A stretch of 64,000 nt of DNA from Fidelibacterota bacterium (GCA_028716785.1 JAQUPD010000004.1:31465-95464); one strand, 5' to 3'; numbered from the stretch's first letter, positions 32,920 through 41,780 are shown. Program-made: numbers and translations. The notes: generated by a model from the letters alone, not told the origin.

Positions 32920-35274
32920 TCAAAACTCACATTTTATTACATTCCATGGTAATATAACTATCATATCTTTATCATTCCAGAGTAGTTCTTGTTCAATTTT
33001 TTTCCCTGCTTCTTGAGCGATAGGATATTTTTCCAATGTTTTTAATAATCGTCTATCAGTGATTGTCATACTTTTCATTGCATATCCTGGACTGGGATAA
33101 GGATTTAAGGAAACAAGATCAGGATTTACTTTAGCCTGCTTTGCCGCATAGAGTACCGCATCTTGTAATGTCCCCAAGGTATCCACCAAGCCAAGCGCTA
33201 AAGCGTCTTTTCCTGTCCAAATGCGTCCTTGCCCAATGCTGTCAACTTCAGAATAGGTCATGTCACGTCCTGCTGAAACATGATTAACAAATCGGTCATA
33301 TCCATTTTTTAATGACTTATACTGCCATGAACGTTCCTCATCTGTCATGGCAAAAAAGGGATTACCATAGATACTGTTGGGATATGTTTTAAGGGAATCG
33401 GGGTGAATAAAAAGTTTTTCCCGGAGAAATTTTTCGAAGGTAAGGGCGCCACCGTAAATTCCAATTGACCCTGTAAGGGTAATATCTTCAGCAAAAATTT
33501 TGTCTGCTGGGACAGAGATATAATATCCTCCTGAGGCTGCAACATTTCCCATGGAAATAATTAAGGGTTTTGCTTTCTTTTTATCGGTAGGATTTACAAT
33601 TTTTGAGAGTTCTCGATGAATTTTATCACTCGCTAAAATACTGCCACCAGGTGAATCGACACGCAAAACAATTGCTTTGACTCTAGAATCTTTTCGTGCT
33701 TCTTTTAGACGTTTGGCAATAGTTTGATCTCCCATTATCAATTCACCTGAGAGGGGAGAATATTGGCTTTTACCTTCCATGATGGTACCCGTTGCATAAA
33801 TTACAGCGACAGGTGAAAAAGAGTCATCAGGCTCCCAGGCATAAGGCCATCCTCGTTTGGGACTATACGTCCATAAACTAAGATATTCAATTTCCTTAAC
33901 GCCTTCGTAATCGGCAATGATTTCTTTTACTTCATCAGGATAAGCAAGTTTATGAATAATGCCCATATCAAGAGTTTCCTGGATTAAATAAGGTCCATGA
34001 TAAATGATGGAATCTACAGTCTCCCAGGATATATGACTCTCTTGAGATATTCCCGTAATCATGATATCCATAAGACAATTTAGGTAATCCATTAAGGCTT
34101 CTCTGCCAGGTTGAGACATTTCAGTCATTAAAAGGGGTTCAGGACCAGATTTGTATTGGCCAATGCGCTGCATTTCAACGTCAATCTTTAGGGAATCAAA
34201 CAATTCTCTCATATAAAGATTGCTTGAGGATATGCCACGGATAGTATATTCACCAAAAGGATAAGCCATACGTTTATAAGCAGGGGCTGATAAATACCAT
34301 GTCATAAGATTTCCATTTGTGCTATAAACATAAATTCTTTTTCCCGCCTTTTGCAAATCAGATAAAATATGCTGGAATTCAACAAGTTCTGATAAACCTA
34401 TGGTAAAGGATTGGATTTCTAAATATAAACTTTCAATTGTTTTGTCTTCCTTAAACGATAATAAGGCAGCAAAGAGGTCATGAATATCAGTTGTGTTTCC
34501 CATCCCAGGTATAATTTCACGGGCATAATTTCCCGATAAACGAAGATATACGACAGGTTTAGCATGCGTTGCATGATGTAAATTCCTTGTATAATATCCT
34601 GCTGAGAGTGTTGTTCGATCTTTATCGTTCCACGTGACGATGGATTGATGAGCAAAAGTTATTCCCAAGGAAATTTGTGCTGTTTCTAACTTGTCGTCAT
34701 AGCCAAAGCCTACATAAATACCATCTCGGATTTCCATATCAGCTGTGTACACAGCATGGTGCTCACGCGGTTTAAAATTTTCATCCAATCGAGATTGATA
34801 GTTATAACCAAAGGTTATTCGATCGTTAAAGGGACGAAGGGCTACTCCAACTGATAGGTGATCAGGTTGTGTGATATTATGAAAAACGGCACCCAGTGAA
34901 AAAAAGCGTAAAGGACGAACAAGGAATCCTGCAGAAAATTTGTTGTCAAAGGATGAATAGTCAGCGCCCATCCATAGATTTCGCAAAAGTGGAAATCCTG
35001 TTCCATATTCCCAGGAAAAAGAACTGTCATAAGCCATGTGAAAAAATTGCTTGTCAAATGAAAAATTTGCACCACCGATAAAGTCATTATCATTGTATTG
35101 CTGTACGTACAGATTTAAGAATGTCCCCTTAGAAATACCTATAGTGGCGGGATTAAAGTTATTGTTTTGCAAAAAGGATTCTCCGAGAGCGGGATTATTT
35201 AATCGAGGGAACTGAGCCCATAAAAAAAATGGGGTTAGAACAACAATTATAATAAATAGTAAAAAGCGTTTCAT
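32920..35274 (-). CDS. sppA: Signal peptide peptidase SppA (S49, two-domain type) with an N-terminal ~230-aa beta-barrel-like extension
   Basis: 784 aa. The S49 motif MGNVAASGGYYIS and a preceding degenerate S49 domain are present. The N-terminus has a signal peptide, then alternating aromatic/Gly segments (FSAGFLVRPLRFFSLGAVF, GIYVGFGYDD, ISLGITFA). Confidence 0.75.
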   Translation of the reverse strand: MKRFLLFIIIVVLTPFFLWAQFPRLNNPALGESFLQNNNFNPATIGISKGTFLNLYVQQYNDNDFIGGANFSFDKQFFHMAYDSSFSWEYGTGFPLLRNLWMGADYSSFDNKFSAGFLVRPLRFFSLGAVFHNITQPDHLSVGVALRPFNDRITFGYNYQSRLDENFKPREHHAVYTADMEIRDGIYVGFGYDDKLETAQISLGITFAHQSIVTWNDKDRTTLSAGYYTRNLHHATHAKPVVYLRLSGNYAREIIPGMGNTTDIHDLFAALLSFKEDKTIESLYLEIQSFTIGLSELVEFQHILSDLQKAGKRIYVYSTNGNLMTWYLSAPAYKRMAYPFGEYTIRGISSSNLYMRELFDSLKIDVEMQRIGQYKSGPEPLLMTEMSQPGREALMDYLNCLMDIMITGISQESHISWETVDSIIYHGPYLIQETLDMGIIHKLAYPDEVKEIIADYEGVKEIEYLSLWTYSPKRGWPYAWEPDDSFSPVAVIYATGTIMEGKSQYSPLSGELIMGDQTIAKRLKEARKDSRVKAIVLRVDSPGGSILASDKIHRELSKIVNPTDKKKAKPLIISMGNVAASGGYYISVPADKIFAEDITLTGSIGIYGGALTFEKFLREKLFIHPDSLKTYPNSIYGNPFFAMTDEERSWQYKSLKNGYDRFVNHVSAGRDMTYSEVDSIGQGRIWTGKDALALGLVDTLGTLQDAVLYAAKQAKVNPDLVSLNPYPSPGYAMKSMTITDRRLLKTLEKYPIAQEAGKKIEQELLWNDKDMIVILPWNVIKCEF

Positions 35275-35446
35275 AAGAACTCCCCTTTTTTTGATTTATT
35301 TAAAAGAAAATCTAAAAACAAATGATGGTATAAAAAAGATATTTATTTGTAGAGTGTTTTTTAAGGAATCCATTGGAAAGAAAAGGATGGTTGTTTATTT
35401 TTATCATCAGATTAAAAGAGTTATGACGCACTTAAAAGGAGGCCTC

Positions 35447-36163
35447 ATGAAAGGGATTTTATCGATTGTAAAAGTGTTTTTATTATTTATGCTGGTCACA
35501 GGCTGTGCTGTTTTTCGTTATCAGGTTCCTGAAGATGTGTTACGAGAGTCACCGGTTCCTCCTCTAACAGAAACACGTCGAAGTGAAATTTTAGATATGT
35601 ATGCGGTTTTAGACTGGAAAAATCCGCCAAACCAGGACGTCTTTATCAGAGCCGTCCATGGTTATGATTATATTCCTAAAAAGAAAGAGATATTAACTCT
35701 CATAGACTTTTCGCAACCTTCCACAGAAAAGCGGGCATACGTTATTGATATGGAGAAGCAGGAAATTTTGTTTAATACATGGGTTTCTCACGGGGTAAAT
35801 TCCGGTGAAAACATAGCAGAACATTTTTCAAATGCAGAAGGGAGTCGCAAGAGTTCTCTTGGCTTTTATTTAACGGGTAAATCTTATTGCGGGGAAAATG
35901 GGTTATCGCTTCGGTTGGATGGTTTAGAAAAGGGGTTTAATGATAGCGCTCGCGTGCGTTATATTGTAATTCATGGTGCTGATTATGTAAGTCAGGAGTT
36001 TATAGAACAAGAAGGACGTCTGGGAAGAAGCTGGGGATGTCCAGCCTTTCCTCTTTCTGTCACAAAACCTATTATCCGAAAAATAAAACGAGGAAGTGTT
36101 GTGTTTATCTATGGGAATGATACCACTTATTTAAGAAATTCACGTTATTCTTATCAACAATAA
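35447..36163 (+). CDS. L,D-transpeptidase catalytic-domain family lipoprotein (YkuD_2-like)
   Basis: The ORF track starts at 35291. The ATG at 35447 follows AAAGGAGG and gives MKGILSIVKVFLLFMLVTGC with a lipobox. Motifs are SSLGFYLT, IVIHGADYV and GRSWGCPAF. Confidence 0.7.
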   Translation: MKGILSIVKVFLLFMLVTGCAVFRYQVPEDVLRESPVPPLTETRRSEILDMYAVLDWKNPPNQDVFIRAVHGYDYIPKKKEILTLIDFSQPSTEKRAYVIDMEKQEILFNTWVSHGVNSGENIAEHFSNAEGSRKSSLGFYLTGKSYCGENGLSLRLDGLEKGFNDSARVRYIVIHGADYVSQEFIEQEGRLGRSWGCPAFPLSVTKPIIRKIKRGSVVFIYGNDTTYLRNSRYSYQQ

Positions 36164-36219
36164 TGGCGAACCTTATACACGATGCTCCACATGATTTCTC
36201 TTATAAAAAGTCTAAAAAC

Positions 36220-37734
36220 TTAAAAAGTTCTGGAAAATCTAAAATAAGATATCCAAGGAGCTTTACTTGTGCTCATATCTTTTGCAATATCAAAGCGGAT
36301 ACCAAAGTCCTGAGTACTTCCTGTTTCAATGCCAAATCCTAGTGTGCTCACCCAATCGTTTTGTTTAAAATCTGTCAATTGTTTTTTAAGAGATGCTCCA
36401 GGAATAATGGCATCGGTCAAGCCAACATCAATAAAGCCAAAAAACCAGATATCCCAATTCCCAACGCCTAATTCATGATTCATAAGAAACATTCGCTGTC
36501 CTTGCATTGATTTATAAGGAATACCACGAAGTGTCCCCATACCACCCAATGTGTATTCGTACTGTAGGGGATGTGAAAGAATATAATCCTGATCATCACG
36601 AAGTGTAGCAACAGCAACTCGATTCCGATATTGTATCGCATGTCCGATTGTCCCAATATATTGACTCGAGAGGTATATTTTATCAAAATCCCAGGATCCA
36701 CCTAATGAGGGTAAATACGTTTCATAAAGGGCATCTATTTGGAAAGCGCCAGGAAGAGACATGCCATCGTTTCCAAGAGCAAGGGTTGTAGAGAAACGGT
36801 ACCCAGTCATTCTTCCAGAATCAACGCGTTTTATAGAAGGATTGATTGAGAGTGTATTGTGATGTTTTATGGCAAGGGGATATTCATTTTGATAGACATA
36901 TTCTCCTTTCACTTGAAAGCAATTAAAGAATCTAAAAAGTCCACCCAACCGATATCCCTCAGCCATAAAGCGCGTGTTATAATCTTGTTTCAACAAAAAA
37001 TAGGCAAAACCGTTTTCTGTTTCAGGGAGATGATACATATCAGCAATGTGTGTTTCATGATACGCCATCCCATAGAGATAGAGAGGATTATTTTCAAAAA
37101 ATTTTATCCTGAGTTGAGCGGCTCCTTCTACTTTTTTACTACTAAACCCATATCCCAGTTTATAATAGAAGGAGGTTCTTTCCAAATTTCCCATATTTTG
37201 CAACTCATCGCCTATTTGAATGAAAAATCCTTGCTGTGTATTGATGGTAAGCAAAGAATTATAGGAAGCTAAAGGATCAGCCATGGAAAAAATAGAGAAA
37301 AACGATTTTTTAGGTTTCGCGGTTCTATTTCTCCCTGATAACATTGCATCTTTTGGATTCCATACGAAATCGCGAACAGAGGTTCCTGTTAAATTTGAGA
37401 CAATGATTTCACCGTTTCCCCTGTAGCCTGATGGACAAAATATTTCACCTCCCAAACTTTTAACTGTTCCTTCAATCACTGCCAGGCTATCGATATTAAT
37501 ATTTCCAGAGTAAACGGTAAGATATCCTTGGACCACCCCCAGGATTTTTGCATTTCCCATATATACTTTTACGTGGGTTAAAGGGGGGAGTGTATCTCCT
37601 GCTGACAATTCATAATCACCATATATCTGTTCAACAACCATGTTGTCTTCATTCATGACTGTCCCAGCGGATATCATTGAAAAAAAGACAAAGAACAGAG
37701 AAATTAAACGTTTTATTTTCATGTTTCTCTCCAA
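36220..37734 (-). CDS. Omp85/surface-antigen-like outer membrane protein with a non-POTRA N-terminal region
   Basis: 504 aa with a signal peptide. The C-terminal part has YTLGGMGTLRGIPY, a beta-strand pattern and a terminal ...FSRTF. The N-terminal ~100 aa have bactofilin/beta-helix-like V.G.I...G repeats. Confidence 0.6.
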   Translation of the reverse strand: MERNMKIKRLISLFFVFFSMISAGTVMNEDNMVVEQIYGDYELSAGDTLPPLTHVKVYMGNAKILGVVQGYLTVYSGNINIDSLAVIEGTVKSLGGEIFCPSGYRGNGEIIVSNLTGTSVRDFVWNPKDAMLSGRNRTAKPKKSFFSIFSMADPLASYNSLLTINTQQGFFIQIGDELQNMGNLERTSFYYKLGYGFSSKKVEGAAQLRIKFFENNPLYLYGMAYHETHIADMYHLPETENGFAYFLLKQDYNTRFMAEGYRLGGLFRFFNCFQVKGEYVYQNEYPLAIKHHNTLSINPSIKRVDSGRMTGYRFSTTLALGNDGMSLPGAFQIDALYETYLPSLGGSWDFDKIYLSSQYIGTIGHAIQYRNRVAVATLRDDQDYILSHPLQYEYTLGGMGTLRGIPYKSMQGQRMFLMNHELGVGNWDIWFFGFIDVGLTDAIIPGASLKKQLTDFKQNDWVSTLGFGIETGSTQDFGIRFDIAKDMSTSKAPWISYFRFSRTF

Positions 37735-37740
37735 GAAAGG

Positions 37741-38985
37741 TTATTGATTCCGTTTAGAAAGTAAAATATTTCCATTTTCTACATAGATGTCAATGGGATA
37801 GGTTCCTTTTCCAGATGTTCCAGACATTGTTTTGCGAGATGGATTTGAAGAGATTGTTACCAAGGGAAAATCAGATACAATTTTATTTTCATAGCCTCGT
37901 GTTGTTAGGTTGAAGGTGGCATCGGGATTCTGGTATAATTCGAGGGTAACATCGCCATTTCGCGAGGATGCTAAAATACTATGATTTTCAAGCGCTGAGG
38001 AGAAATATTTAGAAATAAAAATTGAGCCATGTTGGGTTTTTACATCAATAGCGCCAAAAATACGATTAATTTTAATATCTCCGCTCAGTGTTTCAAGAGT
38101 TGCACTTCCGTTTATATTCGTGGCACTAATATCGCCGCCATAAGTTTTTCCTATTGTAAAACCTGAAATATCCCGAAGATTTATATCTCCACCTTTTGTT
38201 TCCACGTATATTTCTGATTCACACGCTTCTACCTCAATATCTCCTCCCATGGTGGTTAACCGTGTTTTCAGTCCTTTCATCTCGGACAATTCAATATCTC
38301 CCCCCATCGTAACAACATCCAAATTTCCATTTATTTCACGCATCTCGATATCACCCCCCCCTGTTTCAACAGAAATATCGCCAGTCAAAATACGCAGGTC
38401 TATATCGCCTCCTGCAGAATTAATTTCAATTTTCCCTTCAAGATGGTATGCATATGTATCTCCACCGTAAGTTTTAGAAAAAACACGACCAAGAATGTCT
38501 TCAATATGCACATCTCCGCCGGCAGATACTAATTCAACAGCTCCTTGAATGTCTGATATATGAATATCGCCACCAAGGGTGCTAACGGCAATGCTTGTCA
38601 TAAAGGGGACATCAACAATATATTCCACCCGGATTCCGTATTTATCCCAATTAAAATTTTTCCTGTTTTCGCGATTTACGACATATCCATTTTTGTCTTC
38701 TTCAAGAGCGTAGTGATAGTCATCCCATAAATTGTTAGCCTCTTTTTGAGAATCTGCTCTTATTTGTATCTTTTCGATATATCGGATAGTTTCACTCTCC
38801 TGTCCACGAATTAAAACATCGCCATTTAAGTGATTCATCGTTAATTGGGAGGGGAGATCATCAACTTGGACTTTTTCGCTCCAAGTAAAAATATATGAAC
38901 CCCCTTCATGAAGAACTGTTGGATTTTGAGCCAGGAGCCAAGATGTTGCCAAGAACGTGAGTAAGATTTTATAAAATTTATACAT
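37741..38985 (-). CDS. Secreted GGDI-repeat protein (DUF4097-type putative beta-helix adhesin)
   Basis: 414 aa with a signal peptide. About 11 tandem ~20-aa repeats are centred on GGDI/GGDV (AGGDVHIEDI, AGGDIDLRIL, GGGDIEMREI, MGGDIELSEM, ...). Confidence 0.7.
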   Translation of the reverse strand: MYKFYKILLTFLATSWLLAQNPTVLHEGGSYIFTWSEKVQVDDLPSQLTMNHLNGDVLIRGQESETIRYIEKIQIRADSQKEANNLWDDYHYALEEDKNGYVVNRENRKNFNWDKYGIRVEYIVDVPFMTSIAVSTLGGDIHISDIQGAVELVSAGGDVHIEDILGRVFSKTYGGDTYAYHLEGKIEINSAGGDIDLRILTGDISVETGGGDIEMREINGNLDVVTMGGDIELSEMKGLKTRLTTMGGDIEVEACESEIYVETKGGDINLRDISGFTIGKTYGGDISATNINGSATLETLSGDIKINRIFGAIDVKTQHGSIFISKYFSSALENHSILASSRNGDVTLELYQNPDATFNLTTRGYENKIVSDFPLVTISSNPSRKTMSGTSGKGTYPIDIYVENGNILLSKRNQ

Positions 38986-38989
38986 TGTA

Positions 38990-39919
38990 TTATTTCTCTA
39001 GTGTTTCTCCCAAATCGTAGTAATAGCGTTTTACAAGGTCTTGAATTGTTTCATTTGGTTCATATTCGGAGGCATTTAGGAGGGCTGTTCGCGTTTCAGG
39101 GTTATTATATTGCAGAAAAATTTGAATTGCTTCAATTCGAAGGGCAGGACTTGGATCATTTGAAATTACCTTTAAATAGGTATTTTGTAATTCTTCAGTA
39201 AGAGGATATTGGGCTAAGGCTCGTAAAGCCTTCAGGCGGACACCTTGATTTTCATCATTTAAAACAGATGAAATAAGGGCTTTTTGTACCACATCACTTG
39301 TTGTAACTCCTTCTATAAGTTTAACGGAACGAAGTCGTGTCCCTGGATTCTGTTCGCGAATGAGAGCATACGCTAAAATTTTCTGAATATTTGCATCTCC
39401 AATATTTCCAGTAACGATTACATTTTCTTTTTTTGAAGCGCTGATAACTAATTCACCTGCTATTGGATTAACTTGTTCAATCCGAATGTCTGTTAAGATG
39501 TCATTTCTTAGCATCTCATCAAAGGACGTTTGAGTAAGGGGAATAGATCCTGAACGCTTTTCAGCGGAGGGACCGAGAAAATTTCCAAGGACAAATCCAA
39601 GAAGAAGTATAGCTACTCCCACAGTAACATATCGAAAGGGATGGGCGTGAAAAGATGTCTGCTTGTACTGGATGGATTCTTTAAAGACTTCACGATAAAT
39701 GGAATCCATAATATTCTTATGCAGGGCAGGAATGGAGTTTTCATTGAGTGGAATCTCGGGTAAAGAAGTGATGGCTTGTGAAAGCATTCGATTGTTTTCA
39801 TAAAATTCGGCACATTTAACACATTTCCTCAAGTGTTCGTCTATTCCTTCTTTTATTTTTAAAGGGATTTCTTTATCATCATAATTGAGAAGAATATCCC
39901 TACACTGTTTGCAGTTCAT
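38990..39919 (-). CDS. Anti-sigma factor (zf-HC2) with one TM helix and a C-terminal HEAT-repeat domain
   Basis: 309 aa. The N-terminus reads CKQCRDIL...HLRKCVKCAEF. The TM helix is FRYVTVGVAILLLGFVLGNFLG. The C-terminus has repeats such as NQGVRLKALRALAQY and SPALRIEAIQIFLQY. It overlaps the sigma gene by 4 nt. Confidence 0.7.
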   Translation of the reverse strand: MNCKQCRDILLNYDDKEIPLKIKEGIDEHLRKCVKCAEFYENNRMLSQAITSLPEIPLNENSIPALHKNIMDSIYREVFKESIQYKQTSFHAHPFRYVTVGVAILLLGFVLGNFLGPSAEKRSGSIPLTQTSFDEMLRNDILTDIRIEQVNPIAGELVISASKKENVIVTGNIGDANIQKILAYALIREQNPGTRLRSVKLIEGVTTSDVVQKALISSVLNDENQGVRLKALRALAQYPLTEELQNTYLKVISNDPSPALRIEAIQIFLQYNNPETRTALLNASEYEPNETIQDLVKRYYYDLGETLEK

Positions 39920-40482
39920 GTCAAATCCTTTAAATGTTTATTTTTATAAGGGTTTAAAGCATTGCGTAATTTCTCCTGTGCACGGAACAAATATTTTTTT
40001 ACGGTTCCTTCTCCAATCCCTAAAATAAGGGCAATTTCTTTGATTTTTAAATGTTGAGAATATCGCATGACTAAAACAATTTTTTGTTTCTCTGGGAGCT
40101 TTCTTACAATTTGTTCCAAGATTTCCTGAAAATTCTTTGATTCGGTAAAATCTTCACTGTTATCTTCCGAAATATCAAGATACCGATTTTCATCATCATT
40201 ATTCGTCAAAAATTCTTCATGTTTACATTGGCGTGTATGATTAAATGCTGTATTCAATGTTATCCGATAAAGCCAGGAATAAAAGCTTGCTTCAAAGCGA
40301 AATGATGGAATGTTTTTATAGACGGACAAAAAAACATCTTGTGTTATATCTTCAGCATCTTGTTGGTTGCGACAAATTTGTAATGCTGTATACAAAACTT
40401 TTTTTTCATAGGTGCGAACAATTTGCTCAAAAGCTGCCATGTTTCCTTCTTGTGCCCTCCGGATAATCTCTCTTTCGTCCAT
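39916..40482 (-). CDS. ECF-type RNA polymerase sigma factor
   Basis: 188 aa with region 2 (DAEDITQDVFLSVYKN, YSWLYRITLN) and region 4 (EIALILGIGEGTVKKYLFRAQEKLR). Confidence 0.85.
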   Translation of the reverse strand: MDEREIIRRAQEGNMAAFEQIVRTYEKKVLYTALQICRNQQDAEDITQDVFLSVYKNIPSFRFEASFYSWLYRITLNTAFNHTRQCKHEEFLTNNDDENRYLDISEDNSEDFTESKNFQEILEQIVRKLPEKQKIVLVMRYSQHLKIKEIALILGIGEGTVKKYLFRAQEKLRNALNPYKNKHLKDLT

Positions 40483-40608
40483 TTTTTTCTCGTACTTTTA
40501 TTGACAGCTTGTAAATAAAAACGTTGTCATAACCCATGAATATTAAAAGAATATGAGATTATATTTGTTCTTTTCCAATAATTTCTGTTACCCCTTTCTG
40601 AAATATTC

Positions 40609-40672
40609 CTGTCAGCGCTATCATGACAGATTGTCATATTTGAAGAACTTATGGCAATATAATTGTCATATT
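40609..40672 (+). promoter_or_regulatory. Array of TGTCA/TGACA-containing repeats (candidate activator binding sites)
   Basis: CTGTCA-N9-TGACAG (40609-40629). ATTGTCATATT occurs at 40630-40640 and again at 40662-40672. The inverted near-copy TATGGCAAT lies at 40650-40658. Confidence 0.45.
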
Positions 40673-40688
40673 GGCAGATGGTAACGAT

Positions 40689-40704
40689 TGGCACAAAGTA
40701 TGCG
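40689..40704 (+). promoter_or_regulatory. Candidate sigma-54 (-24/-12) promoter of hsp20
   Basis: TGGCAC-AAAGT-ATGC has GG at 40690-40691 and GC at 40702-40703 (GG-N10-GC spacing). It lies about 60 nt upstream of the ATG at 40764. Confidence 0.45.
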
Positions 40705-40763
40705 TTAATATAAAGTAAAGATTAGAAGAGAAAATAAAAACAAAACTAAAAGAGGAGGTAAAT

Positions 40764-41189
40764 ATGACACTTACAAAACGATTCCCAATGTTAAGAGAGC
40801 GTCATGATTTGGTTGATGATTTCTTTGAAAGCTTTCTCAATAGCTTTAGTACAATGTCGAACTTGAATTGGACTCCAAGCGTAGATTTGGAAGAAACAAA
40901 AAATGACTATATTATCCATGCCGAAATACCGGGAGTAGAGAAGAAAGATATTGAAATTTCTGTAGAAAATGATGTTCTAACCATATCGGGAGAGAAAAAA
41001 GAACGGGTACAATCGAAAGAATCCAATTATCTGGTGTCAGAGATTATGACGGGGAAATTTTCACGGAGTTTTAGACTTCCATCTCAAATCAATGCTGACA
41101 AAATTGAAGCTAAATGGGATAATGGTGTTTTGACGGTGAAAATTCCCAAAAGTGAAACGGCAAAATCTCGGAAAATACAAATCAGTTAA
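40764..41189 (+). CDS. Small heat-shock protein, Hsp20/alpha-crystallin family
   Basis: 141 aa with the alpha-crystallin domain pattern (PSVDLEETKNDYIIHAEIPGVEKKDIEISVENDVLTISGEKK ... FSRSFRLP ... GVLTVKIPK). A strong RBS AGAGGAGG precedes the start. Confidence 0.9.
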   Translation: MTLTKRFPMLRERHDLVDDFFESFLNSFSTMSNLNWTPSVDLEETKNDYIIHAEIPGVEKKDIEISVENDVLTISGEKKERVQSKESNYLVSEIMTGKFSRSFRLPSQINADKIEAKWDNGVLTVKIPKSETAKSRKIQIS

Positions 41190-41217
41190 GAGAAGCTACC
41201 CGGTGGTTAAAAAGATA

Positions 41218-41246
41218 AAGGGCGTTAAAAACGCCCTTTTATTTTT
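41218..41246. terminator. Bidirectional rho-independent terminator between hsp20 and the Y1-like gene
   Basis: AAGGGCGT (41218-41225), 5-nt loop, ACGCCCTT (41231-41238). T-runs follow on both strands. Confidence 0.7.
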
Positions 41247-41688
41247 GGGGTAGATTTTCTGCTACACACGATGTTTCCAGCATTAATTCTAAGTAATGTT
41301 TTAATTCATCATAATAACTCTGGGTTTCATGATACTGTGGTTGATGGGATAAATCGTTTATTTGCCTTTCAAGATTGTTTAAAGGACAGCTAACGGCATA
41401 ATATTCAGGATTCCATATTAAATGTTCAACGTGCAGATGCTTGTTAATAATGTTAGCTGTATCTCTTAAAAAGACTTTAAGATACAAAGACAACGAGATA
41501 TCGGGATTCATAAAAAACAATACATGGACATGATCCTGTTGCACGGCAGTATAAATATGTTGATGCCCATGCGTTTCTAAATGATTTTTTATAACACTCT
41601 CAAACATTTCTGTATTTCTTTTCATACCTTTTCCACTCAAAATGGGAAGAATAAGATGTAGAAGTATTTGTGTATTACCTGGTGTCAT
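41239..41688 (-). CDS. IS200-like Y1 (HUH) transposase-domain protein, solitary
   Basis: 149 aa with the HUH motif DHVHVLFF, N-terminal TQILLHLIL and a C-terminal ...Q..YHETQSY.DE block. It is collinear with the solitary COG1943-type proteins common in Bacteroidota, as I remember them. Confidence 0.6.
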   Translation of the reverse strand: MTPGNTQILLHLILPILSGKGMKRNTEMFESVIKNHLETHGHQHIYTAVQQDHVHVLFFMNPDISLSLYLKVFLRDTANIINKHLHVEHLIWNPEYYAVSCPLNNLERQINDLSHQPQYHETQSYYDELKHYLELMLETSCVAENLPQK

Positions 41689-41749
41689 GGTGAAATATAG
41701 TTAAGTATGTTAAAGATTGCAAGATTATAGTATTATTAATATATTATAA

Positions 41750-41780
41750 AGTAAAAAGACGGAACGAGTCCGTCTTTTTG
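41750..41780 (-). terminator. Rho-independent terminator downstream of 41808-42110
   Basis: AAAAGACGGA (41754-41763), loop ACGAG, TCCGTCTTTT (41769-41778). T/A runs flank it on both sides. Confidence 0.65.

Noticed and set aside
36859-37272. 137-aa + strand ORF
   Set aside because: It is antisense within the Omp85-like gene, which has a signal peptide and conserved C-terminal motifs.
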